Assembly (NCBI GenBank): GCA_019057865.1 | Contig: JAHLWP010000007.1 | Location: forward strand, 75,005-139,004 | Reading direction: 5' to 3' | Length of the DNA stretch: 64,000 nt | Source of the DNA: Promethearchaeota archaeon | GTDB taxonomy: Archaea > Asgardarchaeota > Lokiarchaeia > Sigyniarchaeales > SOKP01 | In this document: positions 63,268 to 64,000 of the stretch, piece by piece | How the letters are laid out: each line of letters begins with the position of its first letter | How positions within the stretch are numbered: position 1 is the first letter of the stretch | Program-made: the position numbers and the translations under genes | The notes under the pieces: model-generated | Seen by the model: the letters and a program-made list of their open reading frames with translations, nothing else | Told to the model about the DNA's origin: nothing | Database searches by the model: none

Positions 63268-64000
63268 ATGGTGGACTATAAAGTATATTTAATAATTGTG
63301 AATCACCCTAATTCTGGTAGAATGTATGTTGGATATACTAGACAAGATTTAGATGTTAGATTGAGTCAACATCTTACTAGTCCTCGAAATGAAGATTTTG
63401 GTGATGAAATTAAGAAATTCGGGAAGGAATCATTTGTAATAAAAGAACTTCAAAGATATGATAATTATCGAGAAATGAGGATTGGAGAAAAACATCACAT
63501 TAAAGAATTACGCACATATGAAGATCAAGAAATTGGTATGAATAAAAATGAGGGTGGAGGGGGTGTTGTAGAACAATCACAGGAAACTAAAGAAAAGATT
63601 GCCGAAGCTAATAGAGGAAAGCGACGTACTCAGGAAACTAAAGAAAAAATTGCTGAAGTTCGTAGAGGAAGGCAACATACTCAGGAAACTAAAGAAAAAA
63701 TTGCCGAAGGTCATAGAGGAAGGCAACATACTCAGGAGACTAAAGAAAAAATTGCTGAAGCTAATAGAGGAAAGCGACATACTCAGGAGACTAAAGAAAA
63801 AATTGCTGAAGGTCATAGAGGAAGGCAACATACTCAGGAGACTAAAGAAAAAATTGCTGAAACTCTTAGAGGAAGGCAATATACTCAGGAGACTAAAGAA
63901 AAAATTGCTGAAGCTCTTAGAGGAAGGCAACTTACTCAGGAGACCAAAGAAAAAATTGCTGAAGCTCTTAGAGGAAGGCAACTTACTCAGGAGACCAAAG
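63268..64000 (+). CDS. GIY-YIG endonuclease with a tandem NUMOD3-like repeat array, runs off the window end
   Basis: GAGGT RBS, ATG 63268: MVDYKVYLII...RMYVGYT..DLDVRLSQH...GEKHHI...GMNKNEGG (VY/YVG, Arg, Glu, Asn of GIY-YIG), then (TQETKEKIAExxRGxxx)n. Confidence 0.85.
   Translation, partial: MVDYKVYLIIVNHPNSGRMYVGYTRQDLDVRLSQHLTSPRNEDFGDEIKKFGKESFVIKELQRYDNYREMRIGEKHHIKELRTYEDQEIGMNKNEGGGGVVEQSQETKEKIAEANRGKRRTQETKEKIAEVRRGRQHTQETKEKIAEGHRGRQHTQETKEKIAEANRGKRHTQETKEKIAEGHRGRQHTQETKEKIAETLRGRQYTQETKEKIAEALRGRQLTQETKEKIAEALRGRQLTQETK
63580..64000 (+). repeat. 51-bp coding tandem repeat, 8 full copies plus a partial ninth
   Basis: CAGGARACYAAAG recurs at 63580, 63631, 63682, 63733, 63784, 63835, 63886, 63937, 63988. 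Confidence 0.97.

Noticed and set aside
63577-63981. 134-aa Ser/Phe-rich minus-strand ORF in the track
   Set aside because: Antisense shadow of the + strand GIY-YIG repeat array, which has an RBS, start codon and nuclease motifs
63580-64000. Possible CRISPR array
   Set aside because: Period is exactly 51 bp (17 codons), the variable parts are similar to each other rather than unique spacers, the frame is open and no cas genes are present

Overview
Very AT-rich archaeal chromosomal DNA, most likely an Asgard archaeon of the Lokiarchaeia type. This is inferred from a Rab-like GTPase, a tandem Roadblock protein, a uDENN/longin-like protein, three JAB/MPN proteins, HdrA-MvhD/HdrB/HdrC and (A)GGTGA ribosome-binding sites. 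No rRNA, tRNA, CRISPR array or transposase was recognised. 1-42.5 kb is mostly housekeeping and eukaryotic-signature genes, including a cluster of three MPN+coiled-coil genes (two with an intact JAMM motif, one degenerate), a SIR2-TPR protein and an orphan N6-adenine methyltransferase. About 42.5-57.5 kb is a copper/heavy-metal island: two CopA, one CopB, a PadR-TRASH regulator, a 22-bp palindrome repeated before three transcription units, three copies of an unannotated ~55-aa Cys/His/Met domain (two free, one fused to CopA) and several gene remnants. The window ends with iscU, a divergent beta-CASP nuclease, mobA, iscS and a GIY-YIG nuclease carrying at least 8 near-identical 17-aa NUMOD3-like repeats whose variation is confined to fixed positions. 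All family calls come from motif recognition by eye; no searches were run.
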